Positions 38,740-52,189 of a stretch of 64,000 nucleotides of DNA are shown here, in pieces (the stretch's first letter is position 1; every line of letters begins with the position of its first letter). The notes beneath the pieces were generated by a model, which was not told the DNA's origin, searched no databases, and was given only the letters and a program-made list of their open reading frames with translations. The position numbers were made by a program, and so were the translations under genes. Origin of the DNA: Octopus sinensis (taxonomy: Eukaryota); NCBI RefSeq assembly GCF_006345805.1, contig NC_043008.1, forward strand, positions 50,344,001 to 50,408,000, in the 5' to 3' direction.

Positions 38740-41700
38740 ATGATGATGATGACATATGTATAGATATTCAACTTAAAGTTCAATTATTCACAATTATTAG
38801 CAGACATTACAGCATATTCTGTTTGCCTCAATCTTTTGATGAGGCTTAATATTTCACCCCTTCACCCCACATCTTCTCTGTAATAAAGAACGACGTGTGT
38901 CTGTGCACTGCTTTTCATCTTAACATCAATTCCATATCCCATAAATCATATGACAATGAATTCAGTATCTCTTACAAGTTTGTATTTTCATGAAAGTATG
39001 TGTATGTATACTCATGCATATATGTTACAGACAAGAGCTTCGGTTTCAATTCAGGTGGAAGGAAATGAGGAATATAAATGCCTAGAAAGCTTGAGATTAA
39101 AAGAGTGAGGAAAAGAAATTGAAACAACGAGAGACTGAAGGAGAAACGATTGTAGTGGCTGCTTTAAAAAGAAGCAGAAATTATGAGACTGATTCAGAGC
39201 AAAATAATTCAGGAGTCTGAAGAAGTAAAACTAGAAACTAGGTTGGAAAAATACAAGCAAAATGTTCAAAATGTGGTGTGAAGATGTGGTTAAGGAAAAG
39301 AATTTCATACACTTCAAAAGCAAATTCTAAGTTCAGTTTTTGTTGTGGTGATGGACAAGTAGTGTTCCTGTCTGTTCCTTGTCTTTGTGAACAACAGTTA
39401 TGTGTCAGTGTGCTACCTTTAAGGTAGCATGTTAGCTTAGCATATACATAAATACATGCATGTGTATTGTCAGCACCAGCAGTGTCATTTTAACATTCAC
39501 TTTTCTATGCATTGATTCTCAAGCATGGAAAAGTGAATTCATTGAGACATATTTTCTATGGCTGGATGCCCTTCTTGTTGACAACCCTCACCTGTTTCCA
39601 CAGAAGATTGAAAGCAAATAACACCACTTGTATGATGGTGATGCTTGTTTACAACTATCATATGTCAAGACAAGTACACGCACACACACGTGTGTGTGTA
39701 TGTATGATGGGTATCTTTCAGTTTCTATCAAATCCACTACAAGGCTTTGATCAGCTTGGAACTATAGTTGAAGACACATGTTCCATGTGCCACACATGTA
39801 GTTGGAAAACGAACATCTTAACCAACAGTTGTGCTTATGTGTCTCTCTCTCTATATATATATATGTGTGTGTGTGCACACACAAGTATTTATATATTCAC
39901 TTTTACTTCCCCAGTCGTCTACCAATCCTTAAACATCTTCCACATCACAGAACTCTTACCATAGCTACCACTTACCTGCTATAAATAGTAATCAAGCTCC
40001 TCTCATGTCACACCCTACTATCTTAAATTAGGAACCAGCAAACGGGACAGTGTGATTACGACTGGGATATTATTTGTTATGGGTCATTCCAAAACGGGTT
40101 GTCTTGGGGCTAAGCACTGACTGCCATTTAGTGGGTCATCTTTTATTAGTCTACATCCCTTTTATTATTCTAGTGCTGTTTCTCTTTGGAGATGTATCTT
40201 CTCCATTCACTTTCAGTTCTTAGTGACATAAGTTATGCTGTACTCTTTATTCTCATTTTATTGACAATGGTTGAACGATGTTGTTTATTTTGGCTGTTCA
40301 TCTCCAATAAGTTATCTTATGAAAACTACATAATGTTGTTCATTCTCTCTGTTCATCTCTGGGAGTTATTATCTGTTGAAGCTATACAGAGTTGATTATT
40401 CTCTCAGTTCAACTACAGATAACTGTAGTTATCTATAGCTTATCTCTGTTCACCTATTGTAGTTATTTGCATTTAGAAACCCTGTTCATTCTTCCTGTTC
40501 ACCTTTTGGAATTGTTTACCTGTAAAAGTTCACTTAAAGGTGTAGATTACTTGTAGGAGTCCCTTATATCCATTCATGAATTGTTTTTAAGCTCTATAGT
40601 ACTTTTCATTCCCCCAAATTATGTACAGTTGTTCATTTACCATGGAAGTTTCTTATCTCTCTTTATCTACTGTAATGATTAAATAGGTTTTTACCTACTT
40701 AAGTTCTACTAAGTTCTTCCTCCCTGTTCATCTGCTGCAGTTGCTTTCCTTACAGCTAGATCCTCATGTTGTTCATTTTTGTTTTTTTTAATTACCTTTA
40801 GCAATTTGTAATGTAGAACAATTACTCGACTTACAGCAGCACCAAAATGTTCTTCTTCATCATCTCGTTGCCTGGCTAGCTCCAAATCAGTCATGACCAT
40901 CCCACATTTTATTCAGACATGGTTTATCTCTGACTACATCATTGTAATCTGTCCATCCCTGTTTAATATGACAGAGCAACGTGTGATTTAAGGGTGATTT
41001 AGCTGATACTTTGTGCAGGTCAAATTGTTGTTTAGCCCTCAGATAAGTCCTGACTAAGCATACCTATGATAAAAAAAGCAGTCCAGTTGTAACTATCCCA
41101 TCTTCTATTTAGACATACTATCTATCTAGATTTGCATTATCCTATGTTTGATTCTTTCTTTTAAAAGCAGTTTGGAAAAAAATCGAGCAATTTAGTTGGT
41201 ATTTCATGCAGGTTGAGCAATCTACCTGTAAAAGCTATAGTTAACTGTTCATTGTCTTTTCACTGCATAAAGTAATTTTGATATACAACAGTTATTTGTG
41301 CCTGCATGACTGTGTGGCTAATAAACTTGCTTCTTGATCACTTAATTCTGGGTTCAGTCCCATTGCTTGGCACCTTTAGCAAGTGTTTTCTACTACAACC
41401 TCAGGTTGACCACAGCCTTGAGTGGATTTGGTAGATGGAAATTGAAAGAAGTCTATGTGTGTGTGTCCCCCTTTGTCTTGATATGATGTGATTGTTGTAA
41501 GCGAGTGTCACCGTCATACAGGCAGTGTCCTTCACTACCAGTCTTCTGTGGAAACATGTCCAGCCATGTGGAAAAATAACTTTCTTTGGATTCAGATGGA
41601 AGTAAGCAGCAAAAAAGGGCATTGGGTCACAGAAAATCTACCTCAACAAAAATCTGTCCTCATTCAAGCATGGAAAAGTGGACATTAAAACAATAACGAG

Positions 41701-44700
41701 CAATTGATGTTAATCTGTGTCACTTGTTCTGCACTGTTCAACAATTGTCTCCTTACTAGCACTACCATATAGGTCGGACTGACAGATCTTTGGGTCTCAC
41801 CTCATTGTTCAGGTGACTGCCCACATACCAAACTGGCTGGCTGATTTGGGGTTACACAGCATCATGAACCTGTTCTTGACCCCTATTAAATTGCTTGGGC
41901 GATGATGAAACAATGTACTCTGTTAACCTATGGAAAGCAATGTACCATTTTCCAATATTTATCTAGGAGCTACAGACACCTGTTCGTTATCTCTTTTCAT
42001 CACCCATGGTAGCTTACACTCATCTCTTTCTTAAATTTTTATTGCACACACACACACATTCACATTTTGGTGCACCACTCTTTCTGTTTCATTTTTCTTA
42101 CTTTTTATCTTCCTCTGTTTTTCTATCCTCCTCACAAAATTTATCCATGTGCCCCCCCCCCCCCCCAGTTCTCTCTGTATTTTTTCTTGACTAACCTCTT
42201 CATTTCTAATTCCCTGTTGTTACTAACAATACTCTAAATACCCTTCTCTATGCTTCCTGTCATTTTGTACATCTCTGGTTTTCTCAAACTTTTCTCTACC
42301 AAAAGCCCCTTTTATTTAAAGAAATTTACCTACAGCCTCCAGGCTTCAAAGGTTCACTCAACAGATTTTGAACTTGATAGATCCTTAACACTTTCCATTC
42401 AGGGAATTTGAAACCCAGATTTGGAACTGCTGCTCTACGTCCTTTTATACACACCCCGTTAAAACCTCTCTATCCTTGCCATACTCTTTACTCTTTCTTT
42501 ATTCTCTATTTCTTTTAAATCCTTCTGTTCTTTGTTTTATCTCTCATTTTCTTAATTCTCTTCTAGCTTTCACTTCCATTTTTTTCTCTCTCTTTCACTC
42601 TTTTATTCTTTTGTTTTCTCTCTCTCTCTGGACTATTTACATCTTTTTTACTTTCTCTTTCAGTATCAGTCTTCTATTTGTATTTCTGCTTTCTCCATCC
42701 ACCCATCTATCCCTTTTCCCCACCCTAGCCTATCCACGTTATCTTTCATTCTTTCCCTCCCTCCGTCTTCATCCATATATCTGTCTATCTATCTTTCTTT
42801 CCCACAGCTATATCTTTTTCCTTCTCTTTCTCACATTTAATCTCTCCCTTTTCTCACTTTCCCCATCATTCATGTTACTTCTTCCCTTCCCTCTCTGTTT
42901 TGAAGTGTCTCCCTCTGTTGCCACCCATTATCTTTTGATCTTCCCCTCTCCCTTGTTATGCTCTCCTTTTCTGCCTCATTCCTTAAGCCCTTATTTTTCT
43001 CTCATTTCTTTCCCCGTTATACAGATTCTCTTGCATGTTTTATCTTATCTATAGAAATCTGTACCAATTGCATCACTTTAAATGAAAAGCACCTGGTTCT
43101 TTCTTTTATTTACTCAGGTCAGAATATATGTAGATTTAATTTGTCATAAACTCATGCAGTTGTCACTAGTGCCATGGACACTTTGATTTTGAAAACTATA
43201 AACAAACATAAGTTCTGAGGTTATTTTATACTTAAATAAGATAATTAATTGTAGATTTAAAAGCAAACTAAGCATGCTTATGTTTTATTTAGAAATGAGA
43301 GAATGAGGGATGTATATTCTCGTAGTCGTTATATTATAGCAAAGCAAGAAATTGATAAACATGCAAGATAATTATCCCCATCCATGTTAAAAAAAAAACC
43401 CCAAAAACTACCAATTCATGTTTTGTTTGTGTATAAGAATTTAATTTTGACCTTGCTCTTCCAAATTCTGCAAGGCTTGGCTTGCTGGCCTCAGTACAGA
43501 CTTGCCTTGTATTTCAGCTGAACCTGTTCTTCACTCCTTAACAAACCTAATTCTTAAAACTGTGCAATTCTATTATGGAAATTGGACTTGATTTCCATCT
43601 GCTTTTACTCATTCCTCATTTATTCCCCACTCCTCTTTTCTGCTTTTTCTTTCTCTTTTGCTTTGTCTTGTGTAGATTTTTGTTCAGCAATGCATCCTTA
43701 TTGATGCTTAACCAGCTGTCTATTCAGATTTTCTCTCATATCTCCTTTTTTTTTTTTGTGGGTGGTTTATGAAAATGATTAACTTTTTTTTTCTCTTTTG
43801 ACTTGAAATTTCTCTTAATTATTTATTACTACCATATTCAATCAAACTAGGTGGGAAAATGTTTCATTACATATTTAAAGTCATTTAAAGTAAATATTCT
43901 GTTGTTGTGGTACAAAAATGTTCCACTACAGGACACGAAATGTTTCCTACTCCCCAAACTCTTCTGAAAGATTTCAAATTAGATTTTAGCAATTTCTACA
44001 TTTTTAGTAACTTCCCGTCTTTCAGGAACCGTATGCAAAACCATCATTTCCACCCACCACCCTCTTTCAAGTTGTCATGCCTTCAAAATAATAAACCTTT
44101 TGAAGAACTATTAGCTTGCATGACAACTGGAAACCATTTCTCTCTTAACTTTATGGAAAAGTTGGGCCGGTCTGAACTTTATTAACTGGTTGTTGTATTC
44201 AATTAAGATTATTTTCTGCATGAAATCTTACATATCTTTCTTCACAGATCCTGTTTGTTGCTTCTGAATAAACTCTTGACATGCTTAACATTAAATCACT
44301 ATTAATGCTTCAAAAACTAACATTTGTCTTATGTTTCTCTGTTTTGGAATGCATTAATTTTAAAAGATTTATGTTGACAATTGAATTTATTCATATAAAT
44401 ACTTGTTTTTGTTGCATTTAAAAAAAAAATATTTTGATACATGCAATCCTAAAATCTTTTTTTGCTAATATTTAGAAATGTTTTTTGACAATAATTTAGG
44501 AAAGTTTGTCTTTACCAACTTTGCACTTTATCAAATGTTACACTATGAAAGACTTTCATGATTACAATTATTTACAGAATCATAGATTCTAGCTATCTGT
44601 GCAAATTGCCAAAGACGTTCACATTTTAGCAAAAATGAAAGTGTAGACCAACACTTAACGTGCCCTCATAGATAACTGTCATGTTTCTTGCTATTGATTG

Positions 44701-45145
44701 TAAATATATTGTCAGTGATGAAACAACCTAGCATTGTCAACCAAAGAGGAAAGAAAGGAAAGAACTTGCCTAAACTCATTTATTATTCTTTTTCTTTCTT
44801 TCCAAAATTACTGTCTTTGGAAACTTGTTTTAAAAGATGTTACGATGGTGTCTAGAGGTGATGTGAGCTTTAATGCTACAACAGCTGGAATTACATCAAC
44901 TCACACTGACAGATTGGTTTTGCTTTGCTAAAACTGTTTCTTGCATAATACAAGCTCATTTACCAGTGGTGACCTATCTATTCTAAAAACAGATTATTTC
45001 ATATTTCATTTTGTGTTTGGTTTGCAAGATTCTTGATGTGAACTTACATGTTGAAACAGATTGCGTTGTATCTTGGGAGGGTCATTATGCTAATAATAAA
45101 CACATGCATTGGTTCTGTTTAACTTCTTTTATTATTAGTCAGTTG

Positions 45146-45355
45146 AAGGTGGTGAGATGGCAGAATTGTTAGCATGCTGGACAAAATGCTGAGCATTTCT
45201 TCTGGCTTTACATTCTGAGTTCAAATACCGCTGTGGTTGACTTTGCCTTTCATCCTTTTGGGGTCAATAAATTAAGTACCAGTGAAACACTGGGGTTGAT
45301 GTAATTGACTTATCCTCCCTCCAAAATTGTTGGCCTTGTGCCAAAATTAGAAACA
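45146..45355 (+). mobile_element. SINE family B
   Basis: TSD ATTATTAGTCAGTT at 45131 and 45356. Confidence 0.85.
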
Positions 45356-46262
45356 ATTATTAGTCAGTTAGTTAACCATTTAACCAGTTAATTAATCAAT
45401 TGTTTAATTAATTACATGGTCAATTAATTGATTATTTAATTGGATTGATTGACCAAAGAATTAAACAATTGATTAGTTAAATTTTAACTAATTAACTAAT
45501 AATAATAATAAAAGTGAAACAGACCCAGTGCATGTGTTTATAATTGGTATAGAATGACCCCACTAAGATATAGCAAGATTATTTTGCAGTTGTATGTTCT
45601 TTCAACCAAGTTCATCAGTTCTGTTTAATATGTAGGCACAAGGTATTTTAGTAATAATAAAAGTGAATGTAAACTGTACAATTTGTCTAAAATTTACATT
45701 TTCAGATTCAATTTTATTTCAGATTGTGAAAAGATATTTGATATATATATATATATATATATATATTTCTTCATTTCAATTATATCAAAAAATGTTGCAA
45801 TTTGGTTGTAAATTTATTTGCATTAGCCATCACCATATTTTCACAATTACTGATCCAGTTATATTAATTTAATTCTCTATTCTCTGTGTACATAAAGCAT
45901 AGCCTAGAAACTAAAATATTTCGTATAATCATGTTTTCATTACATGTGGCCTTGCTGTGGATGGAATCTTGAGTACACACCCTAAGTTCTAGTCAGCTCA
46001 GCATGGATATCTGAATGACTGCAGTATCATTACCCATGCTACTTTCTCAAAAACTTGTGGATTTTTTCACTAACATTCATTCCACAACAAGTATATATGT
46101 TTTAAACATATACTTATTTACCAAATTTTAATTTTTGGGGGGTTGGGGTGGTGGTTAGTAAGCATTAAGTGCAATATTCTTTACTTACTTGAGAACATTG
46201 TATATTTAAGTGTATTAATACTCACTGTTGTACATCTTAGTATATTCAACTTTTATATATAT

Positions 46263-46494
46263 ATTTCTTTACTACCCACAAGGGGCTAAACACAGAGAGG
46301 ACAAACAAGGACAGACAAATGGATTAAGTCGATTACATCAATCCCAGTGCATAACTGGTACTTAATTTATCGACCCTGAAAGGATGAAAGGCAAAGTCGA
46401 CCTCGGCAGAATTTGAACTCAGAACGTAACGGCAAATAAAATATGGCTATGCATTTCGCCTGGCGTACTAACATTTCTGCCAGCTCACCGCCTT
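46263..46494 (-). mobile_element. SINE family B
   Basis: TSD TTCAACTTTTATATAT at 46245 and 46496. Confidence 0.85.
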
Positions 46495-47088
46495 TTTCAA
46501 CTTTTATATATTTATTCATAGATTCAGAGAGAGAGGTCAGTTTCCAGAGCTGTATAGCTGAGTGATTTGGGGTATAGTTAGGGCAGTTGGTGTTAAGGTA
46601 ATTGACTTAAATATTCAAGAAGTACCAGTTACGCAGTTTAAGAGTGGGCATTGGGAAATACAAGTATCAGTGCTAATGTATGGTTACTATTGCAGATAGC
46701 TTAATTAACCTGGTGTTCTCACATCAGGTTTATTATTCTAATTGTATCAAAGAGTATAACAAGAATGTACTTTTATTGTTGGGTGAATAATTTTTCATCT
46801 GAGATAGGTAATCAATAGTTTGAGAGACGGCCAACAATATCAAAGTACTGTATGTACTGTGATTTTATTTGGCCCAGGATTACACACTACAGGGTACTAT
46901 TCTCTCATCAACATGAATTGCCATCAAGGGAAAATGCACAATTTTTTCATTAATTCCATGTTCTGAGAAAAGGGGATTGTACTTTTCATGCACACATTTA
47001 CTGGGCTTTGCTCAGTAGCCATTCGAATTTTGGGATCTTTATTTATACATTTCTTTTGCATCATTTATAAAACAATATTACAATGTAA

Positions 47089-47302
47089 AGGCGGCAAGCT
47101 GGCAGAAACGTTAGCATGTTGAGTGAAATACTAAGCGGTATTTTGCCTGTCTTTATGTTCTGAGTTCAAATTCTGCCGAGGTCGACTTTGCCTTTCATCC
47201 TTTTGGGGTTGATAAATTAAGTATTAGTTGCATACTGGGGTCGATCTAATTGACTGGCTCCCTCCCCCAAAATTTTGGGCCTTGTGCCTAGAGCAGAAAA
47301 GA
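47089..47302 (+). mobile_element. SINE family B
   Basis: Full head GGCGGCAAGCTGGCAGAAACGTTAG through the tail. Confidence 0.85.
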
Positions 47303-48251
47303 ATATCACAATGTGAAAAATCATTATCCTTGTTATTTCCATATTTACAACATTATATTGATTTGAACTTGAGCTTTCATGAAATTCCACTACTTCTAAG
47401 TCATCTCTCTCTTTCACACACACACACATCCATGCACATTCTGCCATTACAATTTCTGGATGCATTATTTGTGTGTGTGTCTGCATGTCCCCTCAACCTC
47501 TCCATCATGAGCTGTTGCTTAGTTATAAATTAATTAGTGCTAAGCAGATGATAGATAAAACAGCTCTTGGATAGACTACCTGCTTGTTGCAGGTAACATT
47601 CCCATAAGATGTAGCTATTTCTCCACATGTAGAACTGAGACATTTCTAGAGAAACTACATAACACCTGCAGCATGTATACTCTCACTTATAACCTGTGTG
47701 TCTATGTAATATAATTATGTGTGAATGAATATATGATTCTTAGCATGGAAAAGTTTATGTAAGAATCATATTTCTCATTGGTCTAGTTATAAAATTCAAA
47801 AAATATCAGACTCAGGAGAGATTCAACTTCCTTGTCACACAAACATATTTTGTTGATATTCGTATTTCAGAAAAGCATTGATGAGAGAATCAATATTCAT
47901 CAGTATCCTAGAATAGCATTAAAAAAAAAAGAATGAATTTGTATCAACACATAATAACTACAACATAATTATAAATGGAGTGCTCAGTTTTAGAGAGTGT
48001 TTATCTAGCTGTATTGAGACCTTTGTAACATATGTTCAAAGTATATTTGTTGTTTAGATTTTAATATATATATATATAAAGACTTTTTAGTTTTTATAAA
48101 TCAAAGTAAAATAGGATAACGATATTAATATATGAACCTAAGCATTTCACAATTTTTTCCTGATTAGAATTTATTAAACAGGTCTTAGGATTGCACTTTA
48201 TTCAAATTGGCACACACACAAAAAAGTTGTCTTACCTTCTATTTCTTACAG

Positions 48252-48356
48252 ACTGCACTGCAAAACCTCAAAGACATTGAACAAGGCAGAGCTGGTCCAC
48301 GTGATCGCTCTAGACAAGGATTAGTACAACAGCGAGGTCGTGCATTTCCAACACGA
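48252..48356 (+). CDS. CRTC1: CRTC coding exon 3
   Basis: Polypyrimidine tract plus ACAG|TALQNLKDIEQGRAGPRDRSRQGLVQQRGRAFPTR|GTATCCTTT; 105 nt, phase 0/0. The R..GLV..R motif resembles vertebrate CRTC exon 3. Confidence 0.8.
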
Positions 48357-48365
48357 GTATCCTTT
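48357..48365 (+). other. U12-type (minor spliceosome) 5' splice site
   Basis: GTATCCTTT is an exact match to the RTATCCTTT consensus, placed at the in-frame exon end. Confidence 0.85.
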
Positions 48366-48817
48366 GCCAAAATTAATTTTTATTTTGTTTCAAATCAAAA
48401 CCTTGATGTTTGTATATTTATTCTTTCTGTAGTATTTTTATATATTCTTTATAAATGCTTGATGCTTGATAATATGTAGCTTTGGTTAACTCTCACAGGT
48501 AGGTGATGAAATGCTTTAAAACCTGAGTCAGTAGGTCTTACATGTTAAATATCTGACTTAGTCTCATTGTTGTTCCTCAAATCAACCTGAATGAGTAGAC
48601 CTATAATTAAGGTCCATTTTGTCTTTTTCAGATTTTAATTTTGTAAGACTGTGTATTCTAATATGTACTTCCTTATTTTAAGACAGCACTGTATGATTTC
48701 AGTATGCTATTTCTTGCAAGTCAAGTGACTAAGTAAATGTTCTTGATTGTTCTGGAACCATACCTGAACACTGTTCTGTAGGAGCCGGTTGCATCATAAC
48801 AGCCAAGGGCGTTTTAC

Positions 48818-48869
48818 ATCAAGCATACATATACAAACTAGCTGACCAGTTTGTATATGTATGCTTGAT
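48818..48869. repeat. perfect 22-bp hairpin with 8-nt loop
   Basis: ATCAAGCATACATATACAAACT-agctgacc-AGTTTGTATATGTATGCTTGAT. Confidence 0.9.
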
Positions 48870-49196
48870 AGTATAATCCAGTTGGAAACATTGGTCAGTT
48901 TGAGATGGATTTGTTTCTGTCGAATGCACTAAGATTACTTGACAAATCATCGCAAAATTGTGTCCATCAGTGCCTCACACTATATGTGTTTTCATGTGCC
49001 TGGAGAATTTGGTAGCATAAATGTGTCAAAGGGTGTTATATTGTTCCTGGTGTGATCTAAATGTATTGGTATTTGACTCACTGGAAATGTAGGCATGTAG
49101 CCTATGTATGAACTGAACTTATGAATTAAGCTGTGCTCTTTGTATCCCTATAGTGGCTTCAATCATTGGACTGTGGCCATGCTGGGGCTTTGCCTT

Positions 49197-49309
49197 CTGT
49201 GGTTCCCAACCTGGGGTCCACGCGCACACACAGACATACACATAAGAGTAAGCATATTAAAAGGGGTCCATGGGAAAACTCATTTAAATAAAAGGGTTGG
49301 GAACCACAG
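49197..49309. mobile_element. hAT(Charlie)-like MITE
   Basis: TIR CTGTGGTTCCCAACC / GGTTGGGAACCACAG. Confidence 0.7.
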
Positions 49310-49589
49310 GTATTTCTTGACTGGTATGACTGGTACTGATTTTACTGGGTCCAGAAGGATAAAAGGCAAAGTTGGCTGGGGCAAAATGAAATACCACCAG
49401 GTGTTTTGTACAATACTCTATTAATTCTATCATCTGCTATTATCTTTGTTTTTATTGCATGGATTATTGAATGTGGCCTAGTGGTTAGGCTTGTTGGACT
49501 CCTGTTTCTAAGATTATGAGTTAATTTGTATCCTCGGATAAGGCATTTCATTTCATGTTGTTCCAGTTCACTTGGCTGACAGTGTGTCT

Positions 49590-49883
49590 TGTTTGTTCCT
49601 TCTCGAGCCATGCCTGGCTCATAAAGGCTGGTTTCTTGGTGTATAGGTTCCCCACCTGGACAGGATGCCGGTCCGTCGCAGGTGAGCTGCAAGATGCAGG
49701 AGGAAAGAGTGAGAGAAAGTTGTGGCGAAACAATCAGCAGAAGTTTGCCATTACCTTCTGCCACAGCCGCTTGGAGCTTAGGTGTTTTCGCTCATAAACA
49801 CACACATCGCCCAGTCTGAGATTCGAACCCACGATCCCCCGACCACGAGTCCACTGCTCTAACCACTAGACCGTGTGCCTCTA
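49590..49883 (-). mobile_element. SINE family C
   Basis: TSD CTGACAGTGTGTCT at 49576 and 49884. Confidence 0.85.
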
Positions 49884-51072
49884 CTGACAGTGTGTCTACT
49901 ACAAAGTGGCACTTTGCAGAGTATTAACTCAAGATCTTGTAAATGCAATATGTTAATGGTCCTTGACAGCTTCTGCACGTTGGAAGATGATCCTAATTAA
50001 ATATGCTAGAAATTTCTTATACAGGTGATTAAGAGATTTCTTTCCCTCTTCTTCAATATATTGATATTTGAAGGTTTTCTCACTCTGTGTATCTTTATTC
50101 TTAACCAGTGATGTGTATCTATGCTAAAAGAATTTCATTTAGTTATAAGAGGCATGTAAAATGCTATGAAACATTGACTGCTAGAAGCCAATATATTTTC
50201 TCTAAAACCAATCTGCTTCAATGCATCTCTTCTCTAGAACAAATGACAAAAATGAGATAAAAAAAAAACTCATTTTTAATTTAAATATTATCTGCCTTAC
50301 CATAATTTCTAAATACTTTGTTTTCTTAAGTTGATCCAAAATGAGTTTTTTTTTCCTTTGTAATCCTATTCTTGGTTTTTATAAATTATCTACATCAGCG
50401 TATATTAATATTTGATTCTATTTCTGTTTCTGTTTCTACAACCTGCCCAACTCCTGCCTATGCTATTTTAATTTATGTATTATTGTAAGGATGCCCAACA
50501 TTATCCAGCTTATATTTTCATATCAGTTCAACCAGTCCTTTCATTGATGTCATTTTTTTTTTAATTAGTACTCTAAAAAAAATGCTTAAATTTGAAAAAG
50601 ATATTCTGTTGTGTGTGTGTATCATTCCCAATATTGTTGTTGGCATCCTTTTGTCTTGGGAGACAATAGAGTTGCGCATAAAGTAATCCAGTCTGGTTTT
50701 TACATTTCATGTCCTCTCCAGTTTCCTCTCCAGTTTTGCACAGGCCTGGGCTAGATGTAAGAAAATCCTGGGTAGCCAAATCGTCAGGATTCCCCTCTCG
50801 ACCTTGCTGACATAGTCCAAAGGAGTGCAGAGCATTACGTTTGGCACCAGCTTGGTTGCAGGAGCTGCCGGAAGAGTGTCGAGTCGAACACTAAACCGCC
50901 TACGGGGCTCCACTCTGGATTTATTTGAAGATTGTCTTCTTTCTGTAACCCTGGATAAGGGCCCATACCGAGTACTGTTAGCCGGAGCCAGCTGAGCCCG
51001 GGACTCGTGTCAGGCAGGGTTGTCACTCCTTGAAGTAGTGAAGAAAATCGCTACCCCAATATATTTTATATA

Positions 51073-51122
<50 letters not shown>

Positions 51123-51297
51123 CAAACTTTGGAAGTGTGGAATGTGTTATCTATCTATCTATCTGTCTGCCTACCTGTCTATCTATCTATATATATCTAT
51201 ATACATCTATATTATATATATAGATGTAAGTGCAGAATGTTGTATATATATATATATAATATATATGTATATATATAAACTTTGAAAGTGCAGAATG

Positions 51298-51344
<47 letters not shown>

Positions 51345-52189
51345 TTGAAAGTGCAGAATGTTATATATATATTTATGTATATGGAACATATGTGATTATC
51401 GTTATCATCAAGTTGAATGTTATGTTAATCTAGACTTTATTCATTTATTTACTTTTCTCTTCGATATCATCACATATTTTCATTTCTTTTTGTAAGTCTT
51501 GATTTATAAGATGACACAGTGTTGCAGTGCTGAATCTGCTTCTCTTATCTATGTTGAAGATTTTTTTCTACTTTTTCTCAGTTAGCAGAAGCGAACTCAA
51601 AATGAAGCAGAATAAACAGCACAATATCACCATCCTTTGATATTATTATTATTATTATTAGTGATTTTTTTACTGCATCATGGAAACCATTTTGTGTAGA
51701 ATAAGCACAACTGATGCCGTATTGATACAGAAAATCTGTTGTAAACATTTCATTTCTGATAACTTTTTCACACTGCCTCCTCTGTACACATGCTACTATT
51801 TTATTTATTTATGCTTATTTGACCGAATATTGCTGGGTCAAGTTAGGCTGTAGAGAAATAATGAGTTTCAGCTTACATCTAAGATGGCATGAAACATTGA
51901 CCTATAGAAGTCAATAGATCTGCACTAAAACCAGTCTGCTTTCATAGTCAGTTGTATGAAAGGTGTAGTAAAAATGAGATAAAAGAATTAAGCTGTTTTC
52001 TATTTAAATATTGTGTCTTGATTTAGTTTTTAAATGTTTTCTCATGGTTGGAAAAAAACCCAACTAAACAAAGAAACAAGACCTTGTATATAGTAATTTA
52101 CTTTCCACCAGCCATTTTCCTGTTTATGTATGTACTAAGAGAGGAAGGAGGGGAATGGTTGTGGCATTTCTTTTGTATTTACTGTTTAA

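Noticed and set aside
42476-43054. 192-aa hydrophobic ORF
   Set aside because: It is a translation of a pyrimidine-rich low-complexity intron tract.
49960-50030. TCCTTGAC as branch site of the U12 intron with an exon after 49986
   Set aside because: The downstream frame (MILIKYARNFLY) has no resemblance to CRTC exon 4. The candidates near 50100 and 57860 fail in the same way.
50960-51060. HDV-like ribozyme on the minus strand (hairpin followed by GGCUAA)
   Set aside because: No P3/L3 UCC(U/A)CG motif or nested pseudoknot could be drawn.
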